Origin: Trichoplax adhaerens
Taxonomy: Eukaryota > Animalia > Placozoa
Reading direction: 5' to 3'
Length of the DNA stretch: 64,000 bases
NCBI RefSeq assembly: GCF_000150275.1
Contig: NW_002060945.1
Coordinates: 3,805,172-3,869,171, forward strand
Shown: positions 30,799 to 44,009 of the stretch, in pieces
Position numbering within the stretch: position 1 is the stretch's first letter
How the letters are laid out: each line of letters starts with the position of its first letter
Made by a program: the position numbers and the translations under genes
The notes under the pieces: model-generated
Told to the model about the DNA's origin: nothing
What the model saw: the letters and a program-made list of their open reading frames with translations, nothing else
Database searches by the model: none

Positions 30799-33700
30799 AT
30801 GTCAAAATCGAAACGACCAAATCGTGAGCCAACGCCACCATCTCGTATAGATGATGTAGATCGGGATGACTTCTTCGCTGATCCTGATATGATGTTTGAT
30901 GAATTACCTCAACCCTTTCGCACGATCGATAAAATATTAGAAGGAATATTCGACGATTCGTGGAATATTATCAACAAGAGACAAGCTGAACGCGAAGCAG
31001 GTACATTAAAGGTTCCAGTCCCAGTATATAATGGCGTTAGAGTTGGTACAACAACCGAGGAGCCGAGATGTCTTGCTCCATCAGTAGATGGAAATTATGT
31101 CTTTTTAGGTCATGCAGATGGACTAGTTGTACTTAAACCACCATCAGTTCTAACATTAACGTCTTGGGATGAAAATGGTGTGTTACCAGTGCAGTTATCA
31201 ACTGCTGATATGCCAGGATCCATTTATTTAGTTACGATGCTTAGTAATTTAGGTAAGATCTTGATACTAATATACCCTATAAAGTCATTACTGTTCATAA
31301 AGAATCTAATTTACTGTATAATTAAGCATCTTCTGTGAAATAATTTTATGCAGGCGTAGGTAGGGTCTTTGCGCTATTTAAAAATAGACTGTTCCTGCTA
31401 CGGATAATCAATGATACGGTAAATGCTAGGGCTAAAATTAATGTTCAGCCTTAACTAAATCAATCCTTATCGTCCGTATCGAAGTAGTCATTCAAAAATT
31501 TGGAAATCTTTTATATAATAGGATGCTGCTATCATTACAACAATGAAGTTATCAAGTAATGGAGATTTTCTTGGAGTGGGCACCCAAGGTAATCAGCTAA
31601 ACATTAATTCCACTCGTGGCATAATAAATTGTATAATAAATTGTATGTGTATAATGACAAGAAAGCTTCACCCTAATCAACAATTCCTAAAATTTTGTGC
31701 TAATTTATTTTTCAAATAGCATCAAAAAAATATTTCTTTGAAGTGCATCGTTTACCAAGTGATGGTTGGACGAGAGAGCTAACATCTGCTAACCGGCAAC
31801 TTTTGAAACATGAAGTATGACTCGTTTTTTTATTAGTTGCTAGCATTAGTTCAAGTTATTAATAGAATTAATAATTACTGTGTCTCCACTACTCTATATA
31901 TAGTCAAAAATAATATCTTCAGCTGAGCAACATGTCCCACAGCAGCTAATTAATAATCAAGATAAACCTGTACCTCCACCAGTACAAATTGTTAGTCAAG
32001 AGGTTTGTAGAAATATACGATAGATCTACTTTACTGTTTCTAATGATTGCTACTTTAAACAGAATCTATAAAGGTGACATTTACATTAAAAGAAGTTGGA
32101 ATAACTTCTTATACAACTATTTGCAATCATTAATTAGGCCGAAGGAACACCAAATCCTTCGCAAACTCAACTGGAAGGGCAGTCAAATCCTACTCTCAAT
32201 ATCACAACTGGAGCAGTACCTTCGCGAATTAATTTCTCTAAACCAACTCTTCTCATACGTGTCAAGTGTTCTAACACGCCGACACCGTGTAATGGCACGA
32301 ATCCAGCACAAGCTTTATCTGCTTACAACAATAGTGACTTTTTGACATTGGGAAATGGTTTAATTCATTCTCTGTCTGCGCAATTGCTTGATCAAAGGCG
32401 TACTGATTATGATAGTCTCGGCTTTATTTCACAACAAGATAGTGAAGCTGAAATACGCAGGTTTGACAAAACAAAGGATAATTTCTTAATTTCACACTAA
32501 GTAGTGTAATTTGTAATTGTAAATTACTTCCAATAATATATATGTTTTTAATTAGTGTCCCAACTTTCCATTTTCTTGGACCAACTAAGTATCAACCAAA
32601 CAGTTTAGAAGGCAATCAGAATGAGGGTAAGATATTGTCGTAACATAACTCTAGATAGATGACATTATAATCAAACTCTTAATAATAGTAATAGAAATAA
32701 TTAAGTTATGAATTTATATTTTTAGTAGCAAAGCCATCATCTGTTGTTATGTGGTGGTCAAGTTGTAACCAAATCTTTCATTATCCTCTACCAAAGAGTG
32801 GACGAGGTACAGCATATTGAATACATATGCAAATATCACCTTATAAGGAATGTAGATTATTAAATTGATGTTGTTTCCTTGCAGTCGATAAACCTGATTT
32901 AGTATGGCCAAATGGAGATGTTATAATAAATAGTACTCTGAGTAACGACAAAACCTTGCTAGCAGTAGCGTTAAAAAATGGTATATTGGTAATCTGGGAT
33001 GTATATCATGGTAAATAGTAATATTGATTGTTTAATTCTATTAATCACATTATATTACGAGAATAATTGATATTAGCTACTTATTTACAGGTTTAGAAAG
33101 GAAAATTATTGGATTTTCGAAAAGAGGGTCTATAATTTGCATGCAATTTCTACTCCCTGGCGCACTAAATGAGACTAAAACCATGCCTAAAGCAGATCCT
33201 GGATCAGCTACTTTTCGAACAGGCCCAGAAGGCTTAATAGTCGCCTGCAGCGATGGTAGCTTGTGCATAATCGAATGTGAACCGGATAAAAGTGAAACTG
33301 CACCAATTATATTGGCACATCCTTCGGAAATCCCTTTTTATCGAATTCTTCCGCTACCAAATCTACCACAATTGGTAACGAGCTGTAAAATAAGTTATTG
33401 TCGGAAAGCGGATTCATGCTACTTACTGTTAATAATTGCAAGTATACTTCTATATTCTAGTTTATAACTGTACAGAAAAATAGCGAAGTCATTGTTCATG
33501 ATGCTAGGAAAAGAAAAAGAATGTGTGAAATTGTTATGTCTAAATCATACCACCTTGATAATCCAAGAAAAGAGGGTGAATTGATTTTAGCGAAAGGAGG
33601 ACGCGTTGTAGTCATGAGAGGTACAGGAACAATACTAAGAATTAGATTAATTTTACGAATAATATTCTAAGTGCTGGTTTCTGAACTATTAATAGACTTG

Positions 33701-34547
33701 AAATCTATCCTATATCAAGACTATAGCCTTTAATTTCTTTTTTGTTATAGGTGTCAAGGATGATACTATGTTTACTGAGCTGGAAGATGTAATTAATTCC
33801 TTAATTTTTTCCTCATGACTCGACCATAGCTCAATAAAATTGAATGAGTCCATGTCTGGTCTTTTCTGATATTGGTTTCTTCTTATCTCATTTGTATAGG
33901 TCTTTGCAGTGTATGCAATTCAATTACACTTATGTCTAGAATTAGGAGAATACTTTGCAAAGATTCAAAAAGACAATCAAGGACGGCAACAGGATGAAAA
34001 TGTAAAGAATCAAACTACTGGTAAAGACAAAAAGCGTAATTCAAGAGCTAGCAAACAAAATAAAGAAAGTGCTTCAATTGATGAAATTGAAGAAAGATTA
34101 AATTCAATGTTACGTGAAAGGTAAAACTAGTAGTTATATTTAGTAGCATTAATACTTAATACTTTCATTTCTTTTATATCCGATCTACTATTAATATATT
34201 GCACTCTTATAATGTATTTATAGTCTTTATTCAAAATTACTCTCGAGCGCACTTTTTTTGTTCCTACAATGATTTCTACGTAATTTTATTTTAATAAAGA
34301 AATGCGGAACAGGCACTTCGACAAGCCAGAATGCAACAAAGGTGGTCAAGATTAAAAACAGAATTAAGGGTTATCTCTGCAATAAAACATCAAGCAAAAA
34401 GAAGAGACTTTTTACGCAAGGCTTTTGTAAGCATATTAGTCTTAAATTATTCACTATACTAATTGTGCACAGTTAATAATAACCTTGAAGCGTAGTTTGT
34501 TTAAATTATAATATACTGTGTCTTATGTTATAAATTAGAGAAAATAA
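30799..34547 (+). CDS. WDR93: WD repeat-containing protein 93, multi-exon; last exon and stop uncertain
   Basis: DPDMMFDELPQPFRTIDKILEGIFDDSW matches the WDR93 N-terminal motif (LPQPYRMINKL..FD.SW). Also PTFHFL, VVMWWS, PDLVWPNG and LAVALKNGILVIWD. Confidence 0.8.
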
Positions 34548-35811
34548 ACAGGGAGAAGTTAACCTGACTGCTCAAGCAACCGCAGACTGAGAAGGAATAT
34601 ATAAATTCCGCATAAATCGAGAAATTGTAAATACTACCGAATAATACTTTCAGCCGAAATTTTGTTCGTTGTAATAACTCACATTTGGCGAATTACTGTG
34701 ATCGTGCGATAAAAGTTGCTAAATAAATAATTAGTATCCTTTACCAAAACGACTAAATTAGTTAATATGATACGATTGCATTAGCCTTGTACATAAGATC
34801 TTAGTAAATCTTGCAAATACTGCATTAACTAAGAATCGTTGGAAATATTTAAACAGTCACAATCGACCTGAAGCAAATCTACAATTATTGTATGTAGCAG
34901 TAATTGATGTTAGGATGCCATAGTATATTTAATTATGATATTTTTTGGAAATAGATATTGATATCTATTTAATTTAACAACGCTAATGCGTTTCTTGTAT
35001 ATTTGTTAAATATCCACCATCTGTAAAAATATTTCATGAAAAATTTATATTGTTGTTTATAATATAGGGCGTACTAGATAAATACTAATGTTTTGACGGA
35101 AACATAGCTCATGAAAGATTTAATGATAGTGATTAATGAATAAAAGCAAATTGATAATCTCATGTGCCTACTATAATTTCATAATTTAAGATTAATGGTT
35201 CTTTATTCCAATATTTTCAGGAAATTATTATTATTATTTATTAATATTATTATTCTAGTTATTTATACGAGTAGTTCACTGTCTGAGAGTAGTCCCAGCA
35301 GAATGCCACGATATTTTATTTATTTATTTTTGAATTTACAAAATTCACTGATTTACCACAGCATGTTGTGTAGTATAGGTACAAAAAGCGTTTACTTGTG
35401 TTGTAATACTGTGCATATTGTGCCAGCTAACAGTTCTGAGCGTTAGAAGTTCGATTAATTATATAATTATCAAGCCTATTCAGAAGTATATTACCGTGTT
35501 ATGCCGTACGTACTGCTTCGTAATCCATAACTATTGTGCAATATAGGAATTGGATTTCAGGGTATTAACATAATAGTCGATGATTTTATTTCATTTATTT
35601 ATTTAATTTCACCTTGGCATTTAAATCTAAATTTAATTTCATTTAATATTTATATAGTCAATAGAAATTAATTGCTGTAGGAGATTACTAAAATACATAC
35701 TTGTCATGGACTACTTAACCAATTTTACTCTCTTGTATTAATAACTCAGGTAATTTTTACCTATTATACAGTATGAAATAAAATACTGCGTTCGAGTATT
35801 TATTTTACAGA

Positions 35812-36360
35812 ACAGTACTAGTACAGTACAGTACTGTACAGTACAGTACTGTATGTCGTAAATGAAATTTTCAGAAAGTGCTCACTATGTACTGTACAGT
35901 TATACTGTATGCTATACTGTACACTTGGACAGTACGCAGTGTACAGTGTGTAGTACTGTACGCCTCACAGACTGTCATTGTACACACGTGCCGGACGCAT
36001 GCTAACGCCCAAAATGACAACTCATTTCAAAAAATCGTACGTTTACTGTGTACTGTATGAAGTATGAACTATCACTACTAGCCAGTAGTAGAGTTTGCAA
36101 GCGATCATGGGAACAACATCTACAAAGAGCCTGCGTTGCGATCACCTCATACGGTATCATATCACATGGTCTTGATCACGTGCTAGTTTAATTAATTAAG
36201 GTTAATTAATTTATTTATTTATTTATTCAATTATACTCTACTGTACAGTGTACTGTACGTATGTACTGTACAGTACAGTACAGTACAGTACAGTATAGTA
36301 CATTGTACTGTACAGTAGAGTACGCCCTGCTATTACAGGACAGGACAGGCCTACTGTAGA
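35812..36360 (+). promoter_or_regulatory. HMGCR upstream region, two ACAGT islands (~35812-36060, ~36240-36360)
   Basis: Dense ACAGT arrays ending ~160 bp before the ATG. Confidence 0.6.
36141..36184 (+). promoter_or_regulatory. SREBP-like site cluster ATCACCTCAT / ATCACATGGT / ATCACGTGCT
   Basis: Three ATCAC-initiated decamers resembling SRE-1 (ATCACCCCAC) and the SREBP E-box (ATCACGTGA), ~340-380 bp upstream of the HMGCR ATG. Confidence 0.55.
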
Positions 36361-36522
36361 CTTTTTATTTATTCCTGCTCTTAGTAACATCGGCTTCAAT
36401 ACGTTTTCGTACAGTGCGAAGTGCGTATCATTCCAGTTGAGAGGCAGAGGCCCTTTCTTGTTCGCTGATTCGCAAATCCAATACTTTTCCATAGAAGATT
36501 TTTGACGATAACTTATTGCAAT

Positions 36523-39500
36523 ATGCAGTTAGCTTCATTATTTCGAAATCATGGAAGATTTTGTGCTTCTCATCCTTGGGAGGTCATAGTAGCAACGTTA
36601 ACTATTACAGTTTCGACTTTGTCTTTCAGTTTAAACTCCAATTCTATCGCTGAAGATCTCTGTCGAAACGGAAAATCTTGTGAAAGCCATCAAGATAAAA
36701 AGGTAAAAGGAACACATTATTTCATGTAATGAGAACCTGTCTTATACTGCACATTACTGTTGTGGTCAGTTTGCTTTTAAATTTGCAATGTATGAAGAGC
36801 ATAGTGCTATATATTAGAACTATTTTGGATTATCTTCGATACAATCTCCAAGCTTAGTTTGAAGTGGTTTATTTGTTCAAAACTTGCGCAATGCCTGTTG
36901 AAACATATTGTATTTCAATATTTTGCTATTAACTATGAGGCAAGCCGAATAATGGGAAAGTTTGGGTCATGTTAGAATCTAGTGTTCTAGTTGTATCTCA
37001 TCGTAAAGTGGACCTGCATACTTAAAAGATATAGACTGCTTTTTGGGGTTTCCATGTACTGCTTCTCTTAAATTTACAGCACTGTAGTAATAAATAATCC
37101 TTCAGCTTACTATTGTTATAATTATAATTGGCTTAATCGATCAGATGTAATTCAGGTTCAAACTAATTTCTTAAGTAGTGTATGTCGATACGATCAACAT
37201 CTGCACTTGGACAAGTTAACGCAAAAATTATAAGTCTTAGCTTCGTGCAATCAACATTACAGTACTGACCTACTGTAGTAAATCATAAATCATAATGTAA
37301 TATTGCCTTGAGCGGTATCATACTGTACTGTACAGTACAGCGTGATTATTTTCTCCTCAGATTACGAAAAATGAAAGTAAACGCTTAAAAATTGATCAAA
37401 TCTATTTAAAATTTATATCAATCGATAGCTTATGAGCTTCTAATTTCAAATCTGCAGTTAGATTTCTGTTCTACAGAACATCCGCGGCATTGCTGATCAT
37501 GATCAATATTACCGTTATAACACTGACTCTCCGTCGGATGATGTCAGCACTGTAGCTGTACGTCACTCTAAATGGTAGAGGCTACAATGCCTTAGCGTTT
37601 TGTGTTATTCAAGTGTAGTTGGAGTGGGATTACACTTGGCGTATCACTAGTGTACAGTAGTGTTTCACTAGTAGTAATTTCTAGTAGTCCATGGTACAGT
37701 TGTCTGACTGTCTGAGTATGGCTACTTAGATTAACAGCGATACTGTACAGTACACGGTACTGTTCATTGTGTGAAGGTGTACGTGACATATTGCTAGATC
37801 TGACGATATTGCACACAAGTTGTTAATTAATTTATTGATGAAATAGGGTATCTAAGTACTATACAGTACGTACTTTGCGAGCTTAATTTACGTATTAACT
37901 TGACCTGCCACGCTCTCATCAAATTGACCATGATTGCCACTAAGTATAAAAAATTCGGAGGACTCAAAATTACCTTATTTAGTCTAATGATGTCGACGAG
38001 TACAACTGGACCAGACCGGACAACGAAACACTGAGAAATTTTCCGGATGTCAATTCGCACCATTTGAAATCTAATGAATTCTTCCCATCCCACTGTATAT
38101 TCTTTATAATTGTCAATGGAGACGGGGGATGGCCAGCTCAAGCTTAACATCTAATTTTAAAATTTAGACAAAGTACGCATATGTGCAGTACTGTACTCTG
38201 TATAAACCTTTGCGGTTTAATCCTTGTGATAGTATAATATTCGCGGCGTACGATGACAAATTTTTTACTATTTTGAGGTGTTTATATGGTATCGTTTGTA
38301 GCAATTAAAATTACTATTAAATTAATACCTTTAACAACAGATGTGTTAACCCATAACTGATTTCATCGACTTTACCATTCTACAGACCCGCGGCGATGTT
38401 ATTGTTTTGACGACCACTAATTGCTTAGTTGTGGTATGTTGGCTATATCTTCAATTCAGAGCCCTTCGTAAGCTTGGTTCTAAGTATCTTCTAGGTATGT
38501 GAAATCTTGTCTTTCAAATGAATTTTATATGATGTTGCCGTATTAATTTACTGAATACCAAATTGATATATTGTAGGAGTTGCTGGTTTATTTACCTTGT
38601 TTGCCAGTGTTGTTTTCACTCTAAGTGCCATTCGTCTGTTGAAACAAGATATAACGGGCTTGAAGTTAGTGGTTAATGGTTATAATTTCTTATCTCGTTG
38701 CAAATTTGAGGTCTTAATGTGATATTATTTGGCGTTTAATTTACTACAGTGAAGCCTTACCTTTCTTTCTATTGTTGATGGACTTATCGCGTGCGAGAAA
38801 ACTAGCTAAATTTGCTCTTAATGCAGCGTCCAAGGTAATAGATTCGATTACGCTAATGCTTAATTGATAAACCGATGATATTTATGGTTGGCTGACAATA
38901 GTTTATATTATGCCAAATTGAAGCTAATAACTTTGTTGCTCTAAAATTAATAGGATGAAGTTATAGAAAAAATCGGTGAAGGAATGGCAACTCTCGGGCT
39001 TACCATTACTTTGGATACCTTTGTAGAATCGCTAGTGATTGGTGTCGGTACATCAACAGGTATGTAGTATCACCGATATCTTATTAAGAACAAATTGTGA
39101 TCGCTTAATCGAGCTAATTTTGACGTATTTCTTAATTTTATGAAGGCGTGAAAGAACTGGAAAGAATGTGTTGTTTCGGCTGCATATCCGTCATAGCAAA
39201 TTATCTGATTTTCATGACATTCTATCCTGCCTGTTTGTCGTTAGCGTTAGAAGTATGTTATTAAAATAGATTTATGTACTCTTACCTATCAGAATTCCAA
39301 ATAAGTGATATAATCTTTATTTACTTGATAGTTTTCACATGGAAGTTCGGAATACCGTCGTATGTGGGAACTGAACCGTTCATCTATCGATTCCTCTTCA
39401 TTTAAGCCTAATCCTGTAGTGCAAAGGGTCAAACTCATCATGGTTTGTAAATGTTACGCCATAATTTAATCACTCACATGCTGTAGTAATTGGAGTAATA

Positions 39501-42500
39501 ACAGTTATGTAATGATATCGTTTACTAATCAGCTGTTTTGAATTGCAATAGTGCGCTGGGCTAATGTTAGTCCATTTCCGCAGTCGGTTCTTTGGCGGAA
39601 TTGATAATGATCAAGGATTATCTATTCAATCTATTTTCTCTCAAGAATCAAGCATCTATGAGAAGTGGTGGCAACGGTTAGTTTTATAAAGTTATTCTTA
39701 AGAAGCTACTACAAAAGCTTTCAGCTAAATTCTATTTAATTAATTCAAACTTGCAGAGTTTTGGGGATGAGACCAGAAGAGGTAATATTTCAAGTATCTT
39801 ATAGTGTAGCTATCGTTAAACAGATATAGGATATGAACAATAATTGTAGCTTAAACACAAAAATATCTGTTTAGTTTTAATCGTAAGTTTTAAATCATTA
39901 CGCAGTACATCACCGTAGGAGTTGCTGTATTTCTTGTGCTTAAATATGCACTATGGGAAAAACATGATGATACCGGCAGCAAATTAGCCAAAGAGTTCAA
40001 GAAGGATTGTAATAAAAAAGAGAAAATTGTTACTAGTAATGGAACTGTAACTGATGCTGAAAACCACACCGAGAAACTATCGGCAAATGAAAAAAATACG
40101 AATGAAAGCTCTCCGTCAGTACCATTAAAGGCTGGGCGTGAAGTAGTAGCTAGGAAGGAAGAAAACACGAAAGGGGAAGAAGCAAAGCCACAGTTTTTTA
40201 TCGATACCAACTCCGATGAAGAATCTGACCGTGATAGTAAAAGTGAAGAAACTGCCGACAGGAAAATACAAGAGAGAGAGAAAACTCTGGAAGAATGCCT
40301 TGAAATTCTTAATAATAATGAGGTTGGCAAATGTAAATTGCAAATATTTTTTTGTCGTTCATTTTTTAAGACGGGTTATTTTTGTGTAGAAATCTTGTGA
40401 TCTGTTAACCGATAAAGATATCCTGAGGCTTGTTGAGGCTAAACATATTGCTCCATACAAACTCGAATCGGTATTAAATAACCCTGAACGTGGCGTTTCC
40501 ATTAGGTATGATTTGATAACCGTGTACATCTTCAGGGATCTTTGATTACTAATATGCTAAAATTACAAGGCCTTTAAGCTGATCGCCTTCTTTTAATTTA
40601 TGTTTGGAACAGACGTCAAATTCTTAGTCAGAAACTAACTAATGTAAATGCATTGGAGAAACTTCCTCTTAGCAACTATGATTATTCTTTGGTTAGAAGA
40701 ATATATTTTAGTATTTTTAACTATCAAGTTCATGCTAGATCATTGTTTTATCCAGAGAAATCTACATTCTTTAAAAATAACACGTTTATAATTATTATCA
40801 ATCTTTTAAAATAGGTTATAGGAGCCTGCTGCGAGAATGTAATTGGTTATACGGCAGTGCCTGTAGGCGTTGCTGGACCTCTATTCTTGGATGGAAAACC
40901 GTACCATGTACCAATGGCAACTACAGAGGGATGTTTAGTCGCCAGTACCAATCGCGGATGCAGAGCATTAACTGTAAATTATTTTGTGATATTTCCTTAG
41001 TTCATCGATGGTCGTTTATTCTTGCGTGTAAGATTTAAATTTTTTTAACGTAGCAATGTAACGGAGTACGATCTGCTATTTACAATGATGGTATGACTCG
41101 AGCACCTGTTGTCAAGTTTCCTTCTGTAGGAAAAGCTTGGTAAGTTATTGCTTTATGCAATTATTTATTTGCCACTACTGCTAAGATTTAAAAACACTAA
41201 TAAGCCTTATTCCTACCATTAGTGAAGCCAAGTTGTGGTTGGACGAACCCGATAACTTTGAAGCTATCCGAAAAGCTTTTAATGCTACTAGTCGGTTAGT
41301 TGATTAGTTTATATCAATGACTTACGATACACGATAGATAAACTTAAAATACGTAATACAATTTCTATGATATAGATTTGCTCAGCTAGTAGGAATTCAT
41401 TGCGGTTTGGAGGGTCCACTGCTTTTTATTAGATTTAAATCCAGAACAGGAGATGCAATGGGAATGAATATGATATCAAAGGTAGTAATACAATTTAGAT
41501 TATTATTACTGCATGCATGTGTCATATTACAACTTTTTATTCTGAAATTTATGCTCACTGTTATTACTTATATAAGGGTACAGATGCTGCTCTTCGGTGT
41601 CTGGAAGACGCCTTTCCGGAAATGGATATTATTAGCTTAAGTGGAAATTACTGTACTGATAAAAAGCCAGCAGCGATCAACTGGTATAGTTTGTGTTCGG
41701 TATTACTTAGTAATTGCGTCAACTAATGCAATAGCAAATTTTTAAATAGGATTGAAGGTCGAGGTAAATCTGTCGTGTGCGAAGCTGAAATTACCGCGCG
41801 AGTCATCAAAGAGGTAATTCATTATCACATGTTGACAACAACCGTGCAGTAAGGTGTAATATTTGATGAGCTATAATAATGTGTAGATACGATACTACGT
41901 TGTTAGAACAACATTCATTACCCAGGGACCTCTAAGTTTTCTCTCAGAAGTCCCTACATTACCATAGCACGATAAATTCAAGCACTAGAAGCAATAAGCT
42001 AATTGATATTGCATAAATTTAAGATTCAAAATTAAAGTATAGATTAACAATATTCATCGTATATATACTTTAGGTTTTAAAAACAACCCCCGAAGATTTA
42101 ATAGAAGTTAATTACGACAAGAATTTAATTGGTTCAGCTATGGCTGCTTCCATTGGTGGTTTTAACGCTCATGCTGCTAATATTGTAACGGCAATATATA
42201 TTGCTACTGGCCAGGTAAGGAAAAAATTACTCATCATTCGTTATTTAATTTTAGTTTGGTTCATAAATAATCTTATCTCTATCTTTTCAGGATCCAGCTC
42301 AGAATGTTGAAAGTTCTAATTGTATCACAACCATGGAAAAACATGGTGAAAATGTCAGAATGTATTGTACAATGCCTTGCATAGAAGTTGGAACAGTTGG
42401 CGGTGGTACTATATTAGGTCCTCAATCTGCTTGCTTAGAGGTAACACTTAGCAATCCCAAAGATTTCCTGTAAATTGAGATTATGATACAAGATTTTAAG

Positions 42501-42806
42501 TATTAATAATATAACTAATACTCTCTCTGTATAGATGTTAGGAATACGCGGTGCAAATGTATCTTCACCAGGAGAAAACGCCAGACAACTAGCTCGGATA
42601 GTATGTGCCACTGTAATGGCAGGTGAACTGTCACTACTTTCTGCTCTCGCTGCCGGGCACTTAGTGAGAAGTCACATGAAATACAATAGGTAAGATCTTT
42701 ATGAGGTATACATAAATAACGCTTCCATTTATTGCGATTTTATAACATTATGTATGATTCTATATTCCATTTTAGATCTGTTGTTAACTTAGCTGGCAAG
42801 CGTTGA
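36523..42806 (+). CDS. HMGCR: 3-hydroxy-3-methylglutaryl-CoA reductase (class I, with sterol-sensing membrane domain), multi-exon
   Basis: [18 protein letters not shown]; LGSKYLLG; [15 protein letters not shown]; [13 protein letters not shown]; [10 protein letters not shown]; [16 protein letters not shown]; [12 protein letters not shown]; [14 protein letters not shown]; GTVGGGT; [13 protein letters not shown]. Stop 42804-42806. Confidence 0.98.
37477..37557 (+). other. Candidate 81-nt phase-0 cassette exon in HMGCR intron 1
   Basis: ttctgttctacag|[27 protein letters not shown]|gtacgt; no stop, frame-preserving. Confidence 0.45.
41916..41963. mobile_element. 34-bp imperfect palindrome (41923-41956) with 7-bp direct repeat CATTACC; putative transposon footprint
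   Basis: CATTACC-[CAGGGACCTCTAAG ttttct CTCAGAAGTCCCTA]-CATTACC in an HMGCR intron. Confidence 0.6.
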
Positions 42807-43788
42807 TAAACTTTCGTCTTCGACAGCACTGCTCTGTATACGGTTACTATATTATGCGAAGTGATGTGCTGTACTCTCTTAAAATTTTGCGTTGCTTTTT
42901 CCATTCTTATTCAGTATTGTAAAAGGTTGGTTTTACCGATCACATCAAAATTTTAAAAATGTAGTCAGATTGATGCAAGTGACTAAATTGTTAGTTAATT
43001 GCTAATTATACTGTGTATTGTATACTGCAAATTTATACTATGGAAGCTAAAAGTTCAGCGATTTTCTTTTTTCTGTATATAGTTTATAGTGATGATTATA
43101 ATGCTTTTGTAGCATTTAATATTACATTTCCAGAAAGATGCATATCTAATTTAAAACCTTGGAAGCATTCGTTTATATGGTTTTATGATAGTGCTGTTTT
43201 TATAAATATATATAAGCATATCTTGCAATTTGTAAATTATTATTACGTCATGTAATGTGTCATTTCGAAATATAAACACCTGGATTTATTTATAAAAATC
43301 TTGGGATTTTTAAGAGCTTGCACTGTTTAGTTATCCACGATGAATTAAAATATTTGGTAAGGCTTTCCAATGAAAGGAAATAAAGGAGAGTGTGGTTTAT
43401 AAAATTGAGTTCGATAAATAATTGCGGCTTCTGGTTAAATGAATCTATGCGATACTGCTGTAGGTGTAACAAGATTTAATGATGAACGCAAAAGTAGCAT
43501 TTACTTTTTATATAGGGCGAGAAATAGCTGATGATTGATACAGTGTTACTTGCAGATTTATGATGAGCTCGATACTAAGTTGAGTTAAACTTGTTCTATC
43601 TACTTTTGTTCGAATGAATTTACTATGAATGTACAAGTTATTCTCAGATTCTGTAGGGATCTGACGGACATCTGTTTGGAAAACTGTAGTTGAGTAGTAA
43701 GTCACTAGTAACATTAGATTATGTTTACGGTTGGTAAATGTACCCACATGAGTCTGGTTACTTTGGTTTGTTGTGATAGGTTTTGCGT

Positions 43789-43833
43789 ACTAAGCCATGG
43801 ACTACCGGGTATTCTAGTAGTCCTTGACTAAGC
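43789..43833. mobile_element. 31-bp palindrome (43796-43826) with 7-bp direct repeat ACTAAGC; putative transposon footprint
   Basis: ACTAAGC-[CATGGACTAC cgggtattcta GTAGTCCTTG]-ACTAAGC, intergenic. Confidence 0.65.
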
Positions 43834-44009
43834 ACAGTTTCAATATTGAAGTAAGACACTTCATCCTTTAGATCTCATTTTATGCGCCGTATCTTGTACT
43901 GTATATTATATTAGTTTATGGATGACATATGCATTCACTAGATTACTACAGATATCAGTTGAAATAACGCGTGCCAATAAGTCGGTGTACGCTGTACATC
44001 ACCAGATTA

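Noticed and set aside
39890-40343. Antisense ORFs over exons (also 639, 1091, 16751, 17878, 33077, 50644, 54421)
   Set aside because: Shadows of real exons on the opposite strand.
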